IMG/VR virus record: IMGVR_UViG_3300020045_001708
Coordinates: 1 to 34,840 of that record
Length of the DNA stretch: 34,840 nt
DNA from: a virus
Lineage: Duplodnaviria; Caudoviricetes
Reading direction: 5' to 3' (one strand)
The stretch's first letter is position 1. Each line of letters opens with the position of its first letter. Under the pieces are notes generated by a model that saw only the letters and a list, made by a program, of their open reading frames with translations, was not told the DNA's origin and did no database searches. Shown in pieces: positions 7,397 through 16,350 of the stretch. The position numbers were made by a program, and so were the translations under genes.

Positions 7397-7492
7397 ATGT
7401 TATTAGGTATTCTTGGTTTTTTGATCGGTAGTTTTTTATTTGCCATCTTAATAGGTAAGATGGTCGCGTATGGAATGGGCGGTGACGAATGA
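7397..7492 (+). CDS. 31-aa single-TM peptide (MLLGILGFLIGSFLFAILIGKMVAYGMGGDE)
   Basis: AGGGGG RBS; starts 1 nt after the previous stop. Confidence 0.55.
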   Translation: MLLGILGFLIGSFLFAILIGKMVAYGMGGDE

Positions 7493-7593
7493 AAGCGTTG
7501 GTACTTACATACGTGATTATAGTCGGCGTAACATTCGCGGTAACTCTGCTAAAACTATTTTGGTTTTTAAAGGGTGGTGATGGTGACACCTAA
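7489..7593 (+). CDS. 34-aa single-TM peptide (MKALVLTYVIIVGVTFAVTLLKLFWFLKGGDGDT)
   Basis: ATGA coupling with the previous ORF; hydrophobic. Confidence 0.55.
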   Translation: MKALVLTYVIIVGVTFAVTLLKLFWFLKGGDGDT

Positions 7594-7840
7594 AGAGGGT
7601 GATTACTTGGCTAAACCGTCGAAGCAAGGCGGTCATATTACCTACGATCTTAAGTGGGCAATAATCAATGCTTTTGAGCAATTAGGCGGCACAGATTGGT
7701 TGATGGCACAAGCTATTGAGAATCCGGTCGCCTTTATGGGGCTTTTGGCTAAAATACTACCAAAGCAAGTTGATGTTTCGGCACAGGACGGGCTTAAGAT
7801 AAACGTAATAATTGATAAGTCTGGGGGTAATGATGTTTGA
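7580..7840 (+). CDS. Putative terminase small subunit
   Basis: DLKWAIINAFEQLGGTDWL...ENPVAFMGLLAKILP resembles small helical proteins upstream of TerL; start uncertain. Confidence 0.6.
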   Translation: MVTPKEGDYLAKPSKQGGHITYDLKWAIINAFEQLGGTDWLMAQAIENPVAFMGLLAKILPKQVDVSAQDGLKINVIIDKSGGNDV

Positions 7841-7841
7841 G

Positions 7842-7870
7842 TTGATTGAATTTATAGTTAGTAATATTCT
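7842..7870 (+). promoter_or_regulatory. Possible promoter TTGATT-N17-TATTCT in an AT-rich gap ahead of the secreted-protein gene
   Basis: Correct spacing but only partial hexamer matches. Confidence 0.35.
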
Positions 7871-7903
7871 TAATATTTTTTCTTAATTTTTATAGGTATA
7901 CTC

Positions 7904-8461
7904 ATGAAAAAGATTATTTTTGCAGTTTTGTTGTTCGTTGTTAACGTTGCACAAGCTAATTTGATTAGTGTTAATCCTAATTTTGAAGTTCAACAAGTGG
8001 GTGTTGGTAATGGTGTGTGTTCACCTGACCCTGCGTGTGGTGTGAATGGTTGGGGTGTTTTCGGTAATAACGCTACGGTTGGTGCATCAAACTGGCAGTC
8101 AACACAATACACAGGTCACTACGCTAAGATCGTTACTACACTATCAGCACAGGGTGGATATGGTTTATTCAGTTACCGCTATTGGATCCCAGTAACGAAA
8201 TCGAGTTATACGTTTAAGTTCGGCGGCATGTGTAATGTTAGTGGTGGGCTCTTTTACCTGGGTTTTTACGATGCAAACAAGATTTATATGGCGGCCCGAA
8301 CGCTGGTATATCCTGTTGTAAAGTCTCAATTTGATTTTACCGATCTGACTTTGCTTAATACCGGCAGCGTATCGGTTCCATTGGGTGCAAAATACATGGT
8401 ATTGCGATTTAAGTCTACAAAATCTATGTTTTGTATGATCGATAACGTAAATTTATATTAA
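7904..8461 (+). CDS. Secreted protein with a CBM4/9-like (galactose-binding-like jelly-roll) domain
   Basis: Sec signal MKKIIFAVLLFVVNVAQA|; mature protein starts NLISVNPNFE and ends VPLGAKYMVLRF...IDNVNL, as in CBM-like domains. Confidence 0.65.
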   Translation: MKKIIFAVLLFVVNVAQANLISVNPNFEVQQVGVGNGVCSPDPACGVNGWGVFGNNATVGASNWQSTQYTGHYAKIVTTLSAQGGYGLFSYRYWIPVTKSSYTFKFGGMCNVSGGLFYLGFYDANKIYMAARTLVYPVVKSQFDFTDLTLLNTGSVSVPLGAKYMVLRFKSTKSMFCMIDNVNLY

Positions 8462-8465
8462 GCAT

Positions 8466-8558
8466 ATGCTACTGTTTGATTATTTGCCAGAATACGCTGT
8501 ATTCTGTGTGGCGGTTGGTGTATGTTTCTGGCTAATATTGAATATTAGTGGAGATTAA
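8466..8558 (+). CDS. 30-aa hydrophobic peptide (MLLFDYLPEYAVFCVAVGVCFWLILNISGD)
   Basis: Fills the gap between 8461 and the TerL start, overlapping it; no clear RBS. Confidence 0.4.
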   Translation: MLLFDYLPEYAVFCVAVGVCFWLILNISGD

Positions 8559-9960
8559 TATCAGATTACCGAATGAGTGGACGCCACGACCGTATCAAGC
8601 GGATTTGTGGCGTTCGCTTATGCACTGTGATGCAAAGCGGACAGTGATGTTATGGCATCGTCGAAGCGGTAAGGATGATGTTGCGCTTAACTACACGGTG
8701 ATTCAAGCCGTTACGCGCGTTGGCAACTACTGGTATATGTTGCCCAAGTACGAACAAGCCCGCAAATCAATGTGGAGCGCTATTAATCCTAATACAGGTA
8801 AGCTGCGGTTAGATGGGATTATCCCGTATGAATTGCGAAAATCCACGATTCAAGATCAAATGAAGATTGAACTTATTAACGGTTCAACAATACAACTTGT
8901 GGGATCCGATACATTCAATGCTCTGGTCGGTTCACCCCCTATAGGTTTGGTATTTTCAGAATTTGCGTTATGCGATCCGTCTGCCTGGGCATACCTTATG
9001 CCTATCGTTGAAGAGAATAACGGATGGGTAATATTCAACGGCACGCCGCGCGGCAAGAATCATTTTCATCGCTTGGCAATCATGGCTGAGAATAATCCCG
9101 ATTGGAATTACAGCCGAATGACTGCGGATGAAACCGGTGTGTTCTTCGAATCACAACTTGAGAAGATAAAAGCTGAATTGATTGCGCAATATGGTGAAGA
9201 GTTCGGCACGGCGTTATATCTTCAAGAGTATTACGTATCGTTTGAAGCTGCAATAATGGGTGCTATTTGGGCCGATTGTATTTACAAGTTGCAATATTCG
9301 GGTAAAATTGGCGAATACCCGTGGATTCCTAAATACCCTGTACATTGCGCGTTTGATTTAGGGTTGAAGGATACAACTGCGATATGGTTTTACCAAGTTA
9401 TCGCGTCTGAGATTCGTGTTATTGATTGTCACGAGTCGGGCTTTAAAGATATTCCGTTTTATGTCGATTTATTACGAGGTAAACCCTACAAGTATGGTTC
9501 AATTTGGCTACCGCATGATGGATTTGCCAAGACGTTATTAGGCGGTGGCAAGTCGATAGATGATCAGTTTCGGTATGCAAATAAAGATGGTCGATTTGGT
9601 AAGATAAGGCGGGTACCGAGTACGACGAAAATGCAAGGTATTCAGGCCGCGCGTGCAACGTTTCCTCGTGTTGTGTTTAACGCTGATTCGACTGCCGATG
9701 GTGTCGAAGCATTAATTAATTACCATACAAAATATGATGAGAAAAAGAAAGTTTTTTCAAACGAGCCTGATCATGATGAATCGAGCAACTATGCGGATGC
9801 TTGGCGGTATCTGTCGTTATCTTGGAAAGAAGCTAAGGCGATTGAGGATGGTCGATCACATGACGATGCTTTACTTACTCATTCTGTACAAAACATACCC
9901 ATGAAGAATATAATGGCTGAGCACCTTAAACGTATGAAAAAACTTAACGGTAAACGATAA
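8548..9960 (+). CDS. Terminase large subunit
   Basis: PRPYQ adenine motif, Walker A WHRRSGKD, Walker B variant LVFSE, FNGTPRGKN, RNase H-like AFDLG...DAWRY. Confidence 0.95.
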   Translation: MEINIRLPNEWTPRPYQADLWRSLMHCDAKRTVMLWHRRSGKDDVALNYTVIQAVTRVGNYWYMLPKYEQARKSMWSAINPNTGKLRLDGIIPYELRKSTIQDQMKIELINGSTIQLVGSDTFNALVGSPPIGLVFSEFALCDPSAWAYLMPIVEENNGWVIFNGTPRGKNHFHRLAIMAENNPDWNYSRMTADETGVFFESQLEKIKAELIAQYGEEFGTALYLQEYYVSFEAAIMGAIWADCIYKLQYSGKIGEYPWIPKYPVHCAFDLGLKDTTAIWFYQVIASEIRVIDCHESGFKDIPFYVDLLRGKPYKYGSIWLPHDGFAKTLLGGGKSIDDQFRYANKDGRFGKIRRVPSTTKMQGIQAARATFPRVVFNADSTADGVEALINYHTKYDEKKKVFSNEPDHDESSNYADAWRYLSLSWKEAKAIEDGRSHDDALLTHSVQNIPMKNIMAEHLKRMKKLNGKR

Positions 9961-12011
9961 TGGCAACAATTGATGATGTAAAGTATTGGTTTGATGAAAT
10001 CAGAGCATCGTTAAAGCGCGATAAGCAGTTCCGTAAGACCGGCAAACGAGTTTTTGAAATATACGACGGCTGTGAAAAGCAAGATGTTCCGTTCAATATA
10101 CTTTACTCGAATACCGACACATTGTTACCGGCATTATATTCAAATACCCCCAGGCCGGTAGTACAGCGAAGATTTAAGAACGACGACCCTGTTGGTAAAG
10201 CCGCAAGTGATGCGTCTATCAGGATGCTCGAATATTTATTTGATACGAACGTTGAGGGTTACGAGTCATTTGATGATGCGCTCTCAAGTGTAACGCTTGA
10301 TGCGCTATTGCCAGGTCGTGGTGTGACACGTGTCGTTTTCGATGCCGAAGTATCCGAAGGTGATTATGTAGCGAAAGAAAACGTATGTGTTGATTCTGTG
10401 GTGTGGGATAGAATTTTATTTGGATACGCTCGTAAATGGTCGAAAGTACCGTGGATAGCGTTTGAGGAATTTATCGATAAAGATGAGGCCAAGCGATTAT
10501 TCGGCAACGAGATTGCGGCTAAATTATCATTCACAACCGGCGAAAAATCAGAAGATTCACGCGACGAACGGCACGAGCCGTTAGATGATGATTCGCAAGG
10601 TGGTATAAAAACGGTTTGTATTTATCAAATATGGGACAAAACCAACAGAAAAGTGCGTTGGATATGCGAGCAATACAAGGACGATTTTTTAAAGGTTGAC
10701 GACGACCCGTTAGAATTGTCCGGTTTTTATCCGATTCCAAAACCGCTTCAATTTATAGAAAAAAGCCACAATCTGACACCAACTGCTCCGTACACGCTGT
10801 ATGAAACTCAAGCGGAAGAACTTAACGTAATAACTCGACGTATCGGGCTACTAGCTAATGCAATCAAGGCGAAGGGTATTTATGACGGTGAATTGGGTGA
10901 TGATATTCGTAACTTACTTGAAGGTGATGACAATGAGTTTATAGCGGCTGAAAAAGGCAGCTCATTGGTTGCACAAGGTGGTTTTCGTAACGCTATATGG
11001 TTTATGCCGCTCGACGTGATGATGACCGTATTGCAGAATCTTTACAGCTCCCGGTCTGAATGTAAGAGCACTATCTATGAAATAACCGGTATATCGGATA
11101 TTCTACGTGGGGCAACTGACCCGAATGAAACATTTGGCGCGCAGAATATTAAATCGCAATGGGGAACTATGCGATTGAAGCGTAGCCAGAAAGCTGTACA
11201 AGTTTACGCGCGTGACCTGTCACGAATCATGCTCGAAATTGCGGTTACGAAGTTTGACGCGTCAACGTGGGCCTCAATCACCCAGCTACCTTATTCGCCG
11301 GAAGATTGGGCGCAGGTTTTAGGCATGCTAAAGGATGATATGCAGCGTGCTTATCGTGTCGATATTGAAACTAACTCGACGATATTACCCGAAGCTGCTG
11401 AAGATCAAAAGCAAATATTTGAAGCAATGCAGGCTTTGGGGCAATATTTGCAAGGTGTGACACCTTTGGTTCAAAACGGGTCGTTGCCGTTTGAAGCGGC
11501 TAAAGCTATGATGATGACAGTTGTACGCCGATTCAGATTCGGTAATGAGATTGAAGATCAAATAAATTCGATGCAAGCACCGCCTTCGCCTCAACCACCA
11601 CCTGATACATCAGCGCAAGAAGCTCAAGTTAAGTTGCAGTTGCAAGCCCAACAGCTCGAGTCTAATAGGCAGATCGCTGAGGGTAATGCAAAAACGAATA
11701 TTCACATTGCCGAACTTGAAAATAATGTGCGTATATTGTTGGCTAAGATGCAAGGTGCTATTTCGCCTGAGGATTTGGAAGATTTGTCACATTTGAAAGA
11801 TGATTTAATGATGTTTAAATCGGATTTACAAACACAACTGGCAACTGTATCGATCGAAACTCAACAAACACTATCCGATATAATTACAGCTATCGATTCT
11901 AAATTTGAAGATGTCGATACTAAACTTATAGCAGCATCTTTACCCAGAACAAGGGTGTTGATTCGTGACGAGAACGGAGTACCTGTAGCAGCTAAAGAAG
12001 TGGTTGAATAA
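9960..12011 (+). CDS. Portal protein with C-terminal coiled-coil extension
   Basis: Follows TerL; 683 aa; FNILYSN..TLLPALYS and IYEITGISDILRG motifs of podovirus-like portals. Confidence 0.88.
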   Translation: MATIDDVKYWFDEIRASLKRDKQFRKTGKRVFEIYDGCEKQDVPFNILYSNTDTLLPALYSNTPRPVVQRRFKNDDPVGKAASDASIRMLEYLFDTNVEGYESFDDALSSVTLDALLPGRGVTRVVFDAEVSEGDYVAKENVCVDSVVWDRILFGYARKWSKVPWIAFEEFIDKDEAKRLFGNEIAAKLSFTTGEKSEDSRDERHEPLDDDSQGGIKTVCIYQIWDKTNRKVRWICEQYKDDFLKVDDDPLELSGFYPIPKPLQFIEKSHNLTPTAPYTLYETQAEELNVITRRIGLLANAIKAKGIYDGELGDDIRNLLEGDDNEFIAAEKGSSLVAQGGFRNAIWFMPLDVMMTVLQNLYSSRSECKSTIYEITGISDILRGATDPNETFGAQNIKSQWGTMRLKRSQKAVQVYARDLSRIMLEIAVTKFDASTWASITQLPYSPEDWAQVLGMLKDDMQRAYRVDIETNSTILPEAAEDQKQIFEAMQALGQYLQGVTPLVQNGSLPFEAAKAMMMTVVRRFRFGNEIEDQINSMQAPPSPQPPPDTSAQEAQVKLQLQAQQLESNRQIAEGNAKTNIHIAELENNVRILLAKMQGAISPEDLEDLSHLKDDLMMFKSDLQTQLATVSIETQQTLSDIITAIDSKFEDVDTKLIAASLPRTRVLIRDENGVPVAAKEVVE

Positions 12012-12973
12012 TGACAATATCATTTGTTGGTTCCGGTCGAGCATCGTCAATAGCGGCCAGCTATCCTGTACCCATACCGCCATGTCTACCTGGCGACCTA
12101 GTTATTGTCGCGTGGGGTATCACTAATGCGGCTGATTCAGGAATGCCGGCACCTACGGGCTACACTCAAGTATCAGATTTGTATGCGAACGATACGCATG
12201 ATATTAATATGGGTGTCGCTTATAAGGTTATGGGTAGCGTGGTCGATACTGAAGTTAGCGTTAACGGTTCAACAAGCGCAAATAGAGGTTCGTCTGGCAT
12301 AACTTATGTGTTACGTGGCGTTGATTTGGCATTACCGCTCGATATTGCGTCTGTCGATGCGACGGGTATAAATTCGCCTATACCATCACCTGGCCCTATA
12401 TTACCGACAACACCTAATACGGTGATTGTTATTATCGGGGCCGTAAGCGGAGCGGCTGCACTTACTGATGATGTTGGAACGGCCCCAACGGGGTATGGCG
12501 ATTTATTTGCGGTCGCTAGCCCCGGAGCGGTTGATTCAATCGTTATAGCAATAGCGCTAAAGCATTGGTCTGGCGGTGTGGAGGTTCCAGGTCAGTTTTT
12601 AGGGTACGATATTGACGGCGGCTTACCAGCCTCATGCTCCTGGGCGGCTGTAACTCTAGCCGTACGTGCAGCAAACGACGATTATGCACGTGGTGATTAT
12701 ATTGACTACGATGCGTTTGAAGAACTTTTAAAATCTAAGCAAGGTGGTAAATTAAAACCGAAGCGTGTAAAGAAATTAGTTGACGCATTGGCTAAAGATG
12801 ATAAATTAAACGTGTCTGTCGCTACTCAAACGGAAGTGGTTGAAATCTTAACAATATTGGATTCAGCTAACATTGCTATTTCAGATTACACCGCCGAACT
12901 GTTGGAATTAAAGCGGCTTTTTGATGAATATTACGAATGGTTAGCGATTCGTTTGTTACTTTTGGATGATTGA
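12011..12973 (+). CDS. Putative virion protein: N-terminal beta-rich domain plus charged helical C-terminus
   Basis: 320-aa ORF coupled to the portal gene; GDLVIVA motif common in phage structural domains. Confidence 0.5.
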   Translation: MTISFVGSGRASSIAASYPVPIPPCLPGDLVIVAWGITNAADSGMPAPTGYTQVSDLYANDTHDINMGVAYKVMGSVVDTEVSVNGSTSANRGSSGITYVLRGVDLALPLDIASVDATGINSPIPSPGPILPTTPNTVIVIIGAVSGAAALTDDVGTAPTGYGDLFAVASPGAVDSIVIAIALKHWSGGVEVPGQFLGYDIDGGLPASCSWAAVTLAVRAANDDYARGDYIDYDAFEELLKSKQGGKLKPKRVKKLVDALAKDDKLNVSVATQTEVVEILTILDSANIAISDYTAELLELKRLFDEYYEWLAIRLLLLDD

Positions 12974-12975
12974 TT

Positions 12976-13392
12976 ATGCCAACATATACGTATAAATGCC
13001 ATAATTGCGGTTGTGTACATAGCAAGTTTTCAACGATGAATAGTCATCGTAATACAAGCGAATGTGCGTGCGGCGATACAGCCACGCAAGTTATACTATC
13101 TGCGCCATTAGGTTACGTTAAGTCTGAAATTCGATACGATTCGCCTATCGATGGGCGACCGATAACTAGTCGTCAAGGTAGAATTGAGGACATGAAGCGG
13201 CATGGTTGTGTCGAATACGACCCTGAAATGAGAAAAGATATTGAACGCGATAGAGCTGAAAATGACGCTAGATTATCGGCGGGTATACGTGCGACGATTG
13301 AAAAAGAAATTGAATCCATGCCACCTGGTAAGTTAGAGCGATTAACAAATGAGCTAACGGCAGGCGCTGATATTGATGTAATAAGGGTGTGA
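12976..13392 (+). CDS. FmdB-like zinc-ribbon protein
   Basis: MPTYTYKCHNCG...ECACG; the usual position between portal and scaffold. Confidence 0.75.
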   Translation: MPTYTYKCHNCGCVHSKFSTMNSHRNTSECACGDTATQVILSAPLGYVKSEIRYDSPIDGRPITSRQGRIEDMKRHGCVEYDPEMRKDIERDRAENDARLSAGIRATIEKEIESMPPGKLERLTNELTAGADIDVIRV

Positions 13393-13394
13393 TT

Positions 13395-14357
13395 ATGAGT
13401 GAAAGTGAAGGTTTTGATTTAGATAGTGGTCTTGATGAGTTATCAAGTAGATTAGGTTTTGAAGAAACTGAAGAAACTGAAGAAACTGAAGAAACTGAAG
13501 AAACCGAAGAAACCGAAGAAACTGAAGAAACTGAAGAAACTGAGGAAACTGAAGAAACTGAGGAAACCGAGGAAACCGAAGAAACTGAGGACGGTCAAGT
13601 TGTTAATCGTGTAGCCCCTGACGCATGGTCGAAAGAAGCCCGTGAGGTTTGGAACAAATTGCCAAGTGACGCACAAGATTATATCGAGTTGCGTGAAAAG
13701 CAAATGATGGACGGTATCAACCAATACAAAGCCGCTCATGATTACGCGGTTGCTTTGGATAAAGCGATAACCCCTTACCGTGAAGATATAAAAGCAACGG
13801 GTTTACCAGAAGATGAGGTTATTTATAATCTATTCGGTCATCATCGTGCGTTAACTACGGGTACGTTGGAACAAAGACAGAACGCGCTTTATCACATTGG
13901 GGTACAGACTGGTATTATAGCGCCTGAGAACCCTGCGCAATTTGAAGCAGATAAGCGAGCTAACGAATTACAAGCAAGATTAGATCGTATAGAGCGTGAA
14001 AATACCGAACGCGCTTATCAGTCCGTATCTGCCGAAGTTGAAGCGTTCGCGAACGACCCTAAGAATGAGTATTTCGATCAATTGGGTGACGAAATAGCGT
14101 TGCTGCTGAAAACAGGTATATCCTTACCGGAAGCATACGAAAAGGCGTGTTGGGCAAACCAAAAGGTGCGCACCAAGATAATTGAAAAAACGCATCAAAA
14201 ACCGGCAGCGGTGTCGAACGTTGATGCTAAGAAAAAGGCCGCCGGCGTTAACGTGAAAGCCGCACGCACCCAAAACAGCTCAAGACCGTCTGAAAAATTA
14301 GGTTCTATTCGGGACACTATGGCTGAAGCTTACGATCGATTGCAAAATAAACATTGA
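13395..14357 (+). CDS. Capsid scaffolding protein
   Basis: Acidic, helical, APDAWSKEAREVW..LP motif, directly upstream of the major capsid gene. Confidence 0.75.
   Translation: MSESEGFDLDSGLDELSSRLGFEETEETEETEETEETEETEETEETEETEETEETEETEETEETEDGQVVNRVAPDAWSKEAREVWNKLPSDAQDYIELREKQMMDGINQYKAAHDYAVALDKAITPYREDIKATGLPEDEVIYNLFGHHRALTTGTLEQRQNALYHIGVQTGIIAPENPAQFEADKRANELQARLDRIERENTERAYQSVSAEVEAFANDPKNEYFDQLGDEIALLLKTGISLPEAYEKACWANQKVRTKIIEKTHQKPAAVSNVDAKKKAAGVNVKAARTQNSSRPSEKLGSIRDTMAEAYDRLQNKH
13461..13586 (+). repeat. 14 x 9-bp tandem repeat encoding (EET)14
   Basis: GA(A/G)GAAAC(T/C) units, 126 bp. Confidence 0.95.
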
Positions 14358-14382
14358 CAACTTATATAAAATAAGCTAGTTT
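14354..14382 (+). promoter_or_regulatory. Candidate promoter TTGACA-N17-TAGTTT for the major capsid gene
   Basis: Perfect -35 box at the start of the 170-bp gap; weak -10. Confidence 0.4.
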
Positions 14383-14527
14383 TGTGATAAGGTTGACAAT
14401 CGCGTATCTAACAGGTATTGCGATTGCAATAACATCAAACATTTGGCATGGAAAGGTCTAACAGGCGTAATACTGCAAATGATGATTTAAAACTCATTAT
14501 TGAATTTATTATATTTGGAGACCGTTT

Positions 14528-15487
14528 ATGCCAGTCAATAGTACATTTACTGAATTAGTCACGACTACTTTCAGAAATCACAAGAAAACAATAACCGATA
14601 ATTTTTCAAACAAAAACGCATTTTTATATTATGTAAAAAAGCATGGTAATTTGAAAAAAGAGGACGGCGGTTTATCTATAGCCACCCCACTTGATTACGC
14701 CGCAAACGGCACTTATCAACGGTTTTCAGACTGGGACGTTTTGAATATTTCAGCGTCGGAAGTTATCGGTGCTGCCGAATATCAATGGCGGCAAATTGCA
14801 ATCAATATTGTAGCGTCTGGCCGTGAGATGCGTATTAACTCAGGCAAGTCAAAAATCATCGACTTAGCTGAAGCAAAATTCAAAAATGCTATTCGCACGT
14901 TCGAGAATAACTTCTCATCCGATTTGTATTCAGCCGGTACGTTAAGTAATCAGATTAATGGACTACAAGCGTTGGTTGCAGATACCCCGACAAACACCGT
15001 TGGTGGCATCGATGCATCTGCGTTTCCTTTCTGGCAAAACAAAGTATTCGACCTATCGGTTCAAGGTGTGACCATTTCGCCAACAACCATTGAAGGTTCG
15101 GTAATGTTGCCGCTTTGGTTACAGTTAGATCGTGGCGGTACAGATAGCCCTGACCTTATTTTGGCAGATAACAACTATTATTCATTCTTCGAAGCTTCAC
15201 AAGTTCCGTTCAAACGCTATATGGACTCTAAAGAAGCTAAAGGCGGATTCTTGTCACTTAAATATAAAGGCGCAGATGTTGTGGCCGAAGGTAACAGCGG
15301 CATTCCGGCTAATCACATGTATATGTTGAATACTCAATATATGCAGTTGGTTGTGCATAAAAACGCTGATTTGTCAGAAGGTGAAAGTAAAACACCTATC
15401 AACATGGACGGGGTTGTTATTCCGTTGCTTTGGATGGGTAATTTGGTATGTACTAACCGTGCTCAACAAGGTGTTGTAATCGCATAA
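14528..15487 (+). CDS. Major capsid protein
   Basis: 319 aa after the scaffold; GGAG RBS; AEYQWRQ, QINGLQALV and WMGNLVCTNR motifs of a common environmental podovirus MCP family; followed by a terminator. Confidence 0.88.
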   Translation: MPVNSTFTELVTTTFRNHKKTITDNFSNKNAFLYYVKKHGNLKKEDGGLSIATPLDYAANGTYQRFSDWDVLNISASEVIGAAEYQWRQIAINIVASGREMRINSGKSKIIDLAEAKFKNAIRTFENNFSSDLYSAGTLSNQINGLQALVADTPTNTVGGIDASAFPFWQNKVFDLSVQGVTISPTTIEGSVMLPLWLQLDRGGTDSPDLILADNNYYSFFEASQVPFKRYMDSKEAKGGFLSLKYKGADVVAEGNSGIPANHMYMLNTQYMQLVVHKNADLSEGESKTPINMDGVVIPLLWMGNLVCTNRAQQGVVIA

Positions 15488-15496
15488 TCAAACGCA

Positions 15497-15531
15497 CCGG
15501 TAGGTGCAGAACTTACCGGTGTTTTATTTTT
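15497..15531 (+). terminator. Intrinsic terminator after the major capsid gene
   Basis: CACCGGTAGGT-GCAGA-ACTTACCGGTG followed by TTTTATTTTT. Confidence 0.8.
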
Positions 15532-15577
15532 AACTCAGTAGTAGAAATATTGCAGGGTTCTATTTTGGAGTATTAAA

Positions 15578-16291
15578 ATGTTTGCAAGTATTGATGGATT
15601 GGCTGGCACTCAGCCGTTTAATGATTGGTTCGCGCCTGATACAACTCAACGTCATCAGTTAGGGTTACGCACAACTGCGTGTGATAACTTTTGGGGTGGT
15701 GCTGATTTTATGTATGTAAAATCAACTGATGCTATCTTAAAAGGTTCGGTTGTTATGTGGGATGAAGCTTTCAACGCGGTATTATTACCGTCCACCGCAT
15801 TACAAGGATTCGCTTTCGGCGTGGCTATGGCACCTATGGCATCCGGTACGTATGGATGGGTACAATTGAGCGGGCGTGCGGTTTATAAGACTAATGCGAC
15901 TGTTGCGGCTGATGCTATTCTGGCCGTTGCTGCGGCGGGTATTCTGGGAGCTACTGCAACCGGAAAACAAGTGTTAGGTATCAGAAATCGTATATCAGCA
16001 ACCGGTACGAAAGTGTTGACCGGTACAACTAAGAACGGGTCGTCTGTTCTTAAGTTTACTGATGGTTATGATGGATTCTTCTTGGGCATGGCGTTGTCTG
16101 GTACAGGTATCCCAGCTTCAACTGTTGTCGCCAAGCTTGACCCTGATGGCCGCACAGTAATGATGGGTTCAGCCATCGGCACGGTTGATAAGTTAGCAAC
16201 TGCCGATGGTACAGTGTCTGTTACTGGCACGTATACCGGATACGGTTCTGGCGTATTGAATCACCCTAGCTGTATGGTTCCTGTGGCCTAA
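15578..16291 (+). CDS. Capsid decoration/cement-like protein
   Basis: Directly after the MCP; GGAG RBS; DFMYVK and GVAMA..ASGTYGWVQ..G motifs. Confidence 0.65.
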   Translation: MFASIDGLAGTQPFNDWFAPDTTQRHQLGLRTTACDNFWGGADFMYVKSTDAILKGSVVMWDEAFNAVLLPSTALQGFAFGVAMAPMASGTYGWVQLSGRAVYKTNATVAADAILAVAAAGILGATATGKQVLGIRNRISATGTKVLTGTTKNGSSVLKFTDGYDGFFLGMALSGTGIPASTVVAKLDPDGRTVMMGSAIGTVDKLATADGTVSVTGTYTGYGSGVLNHPSCMVPVA

Positions 16292-16350
16292 TATTTAGGC
16301 AGGATGCGCACAAGGACGTGTATTTTTTATTTTAGCTATTTTAGATCAAT

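Noticed and set aside
8548-9960. Walker B reading LVFSE instead of hhhhDE as a sign of an inactive terminase
   Set aside because: The catalytic Glu and all other motifs are retained; I recall SE variants in related terminases.
14392-14486. Self-cleaving ribozyme or known riboswitch
   Set aside because: I could not match a hammerhead CUGANGA core or another known consensus by eye; kept only as a structured-leader candidate.
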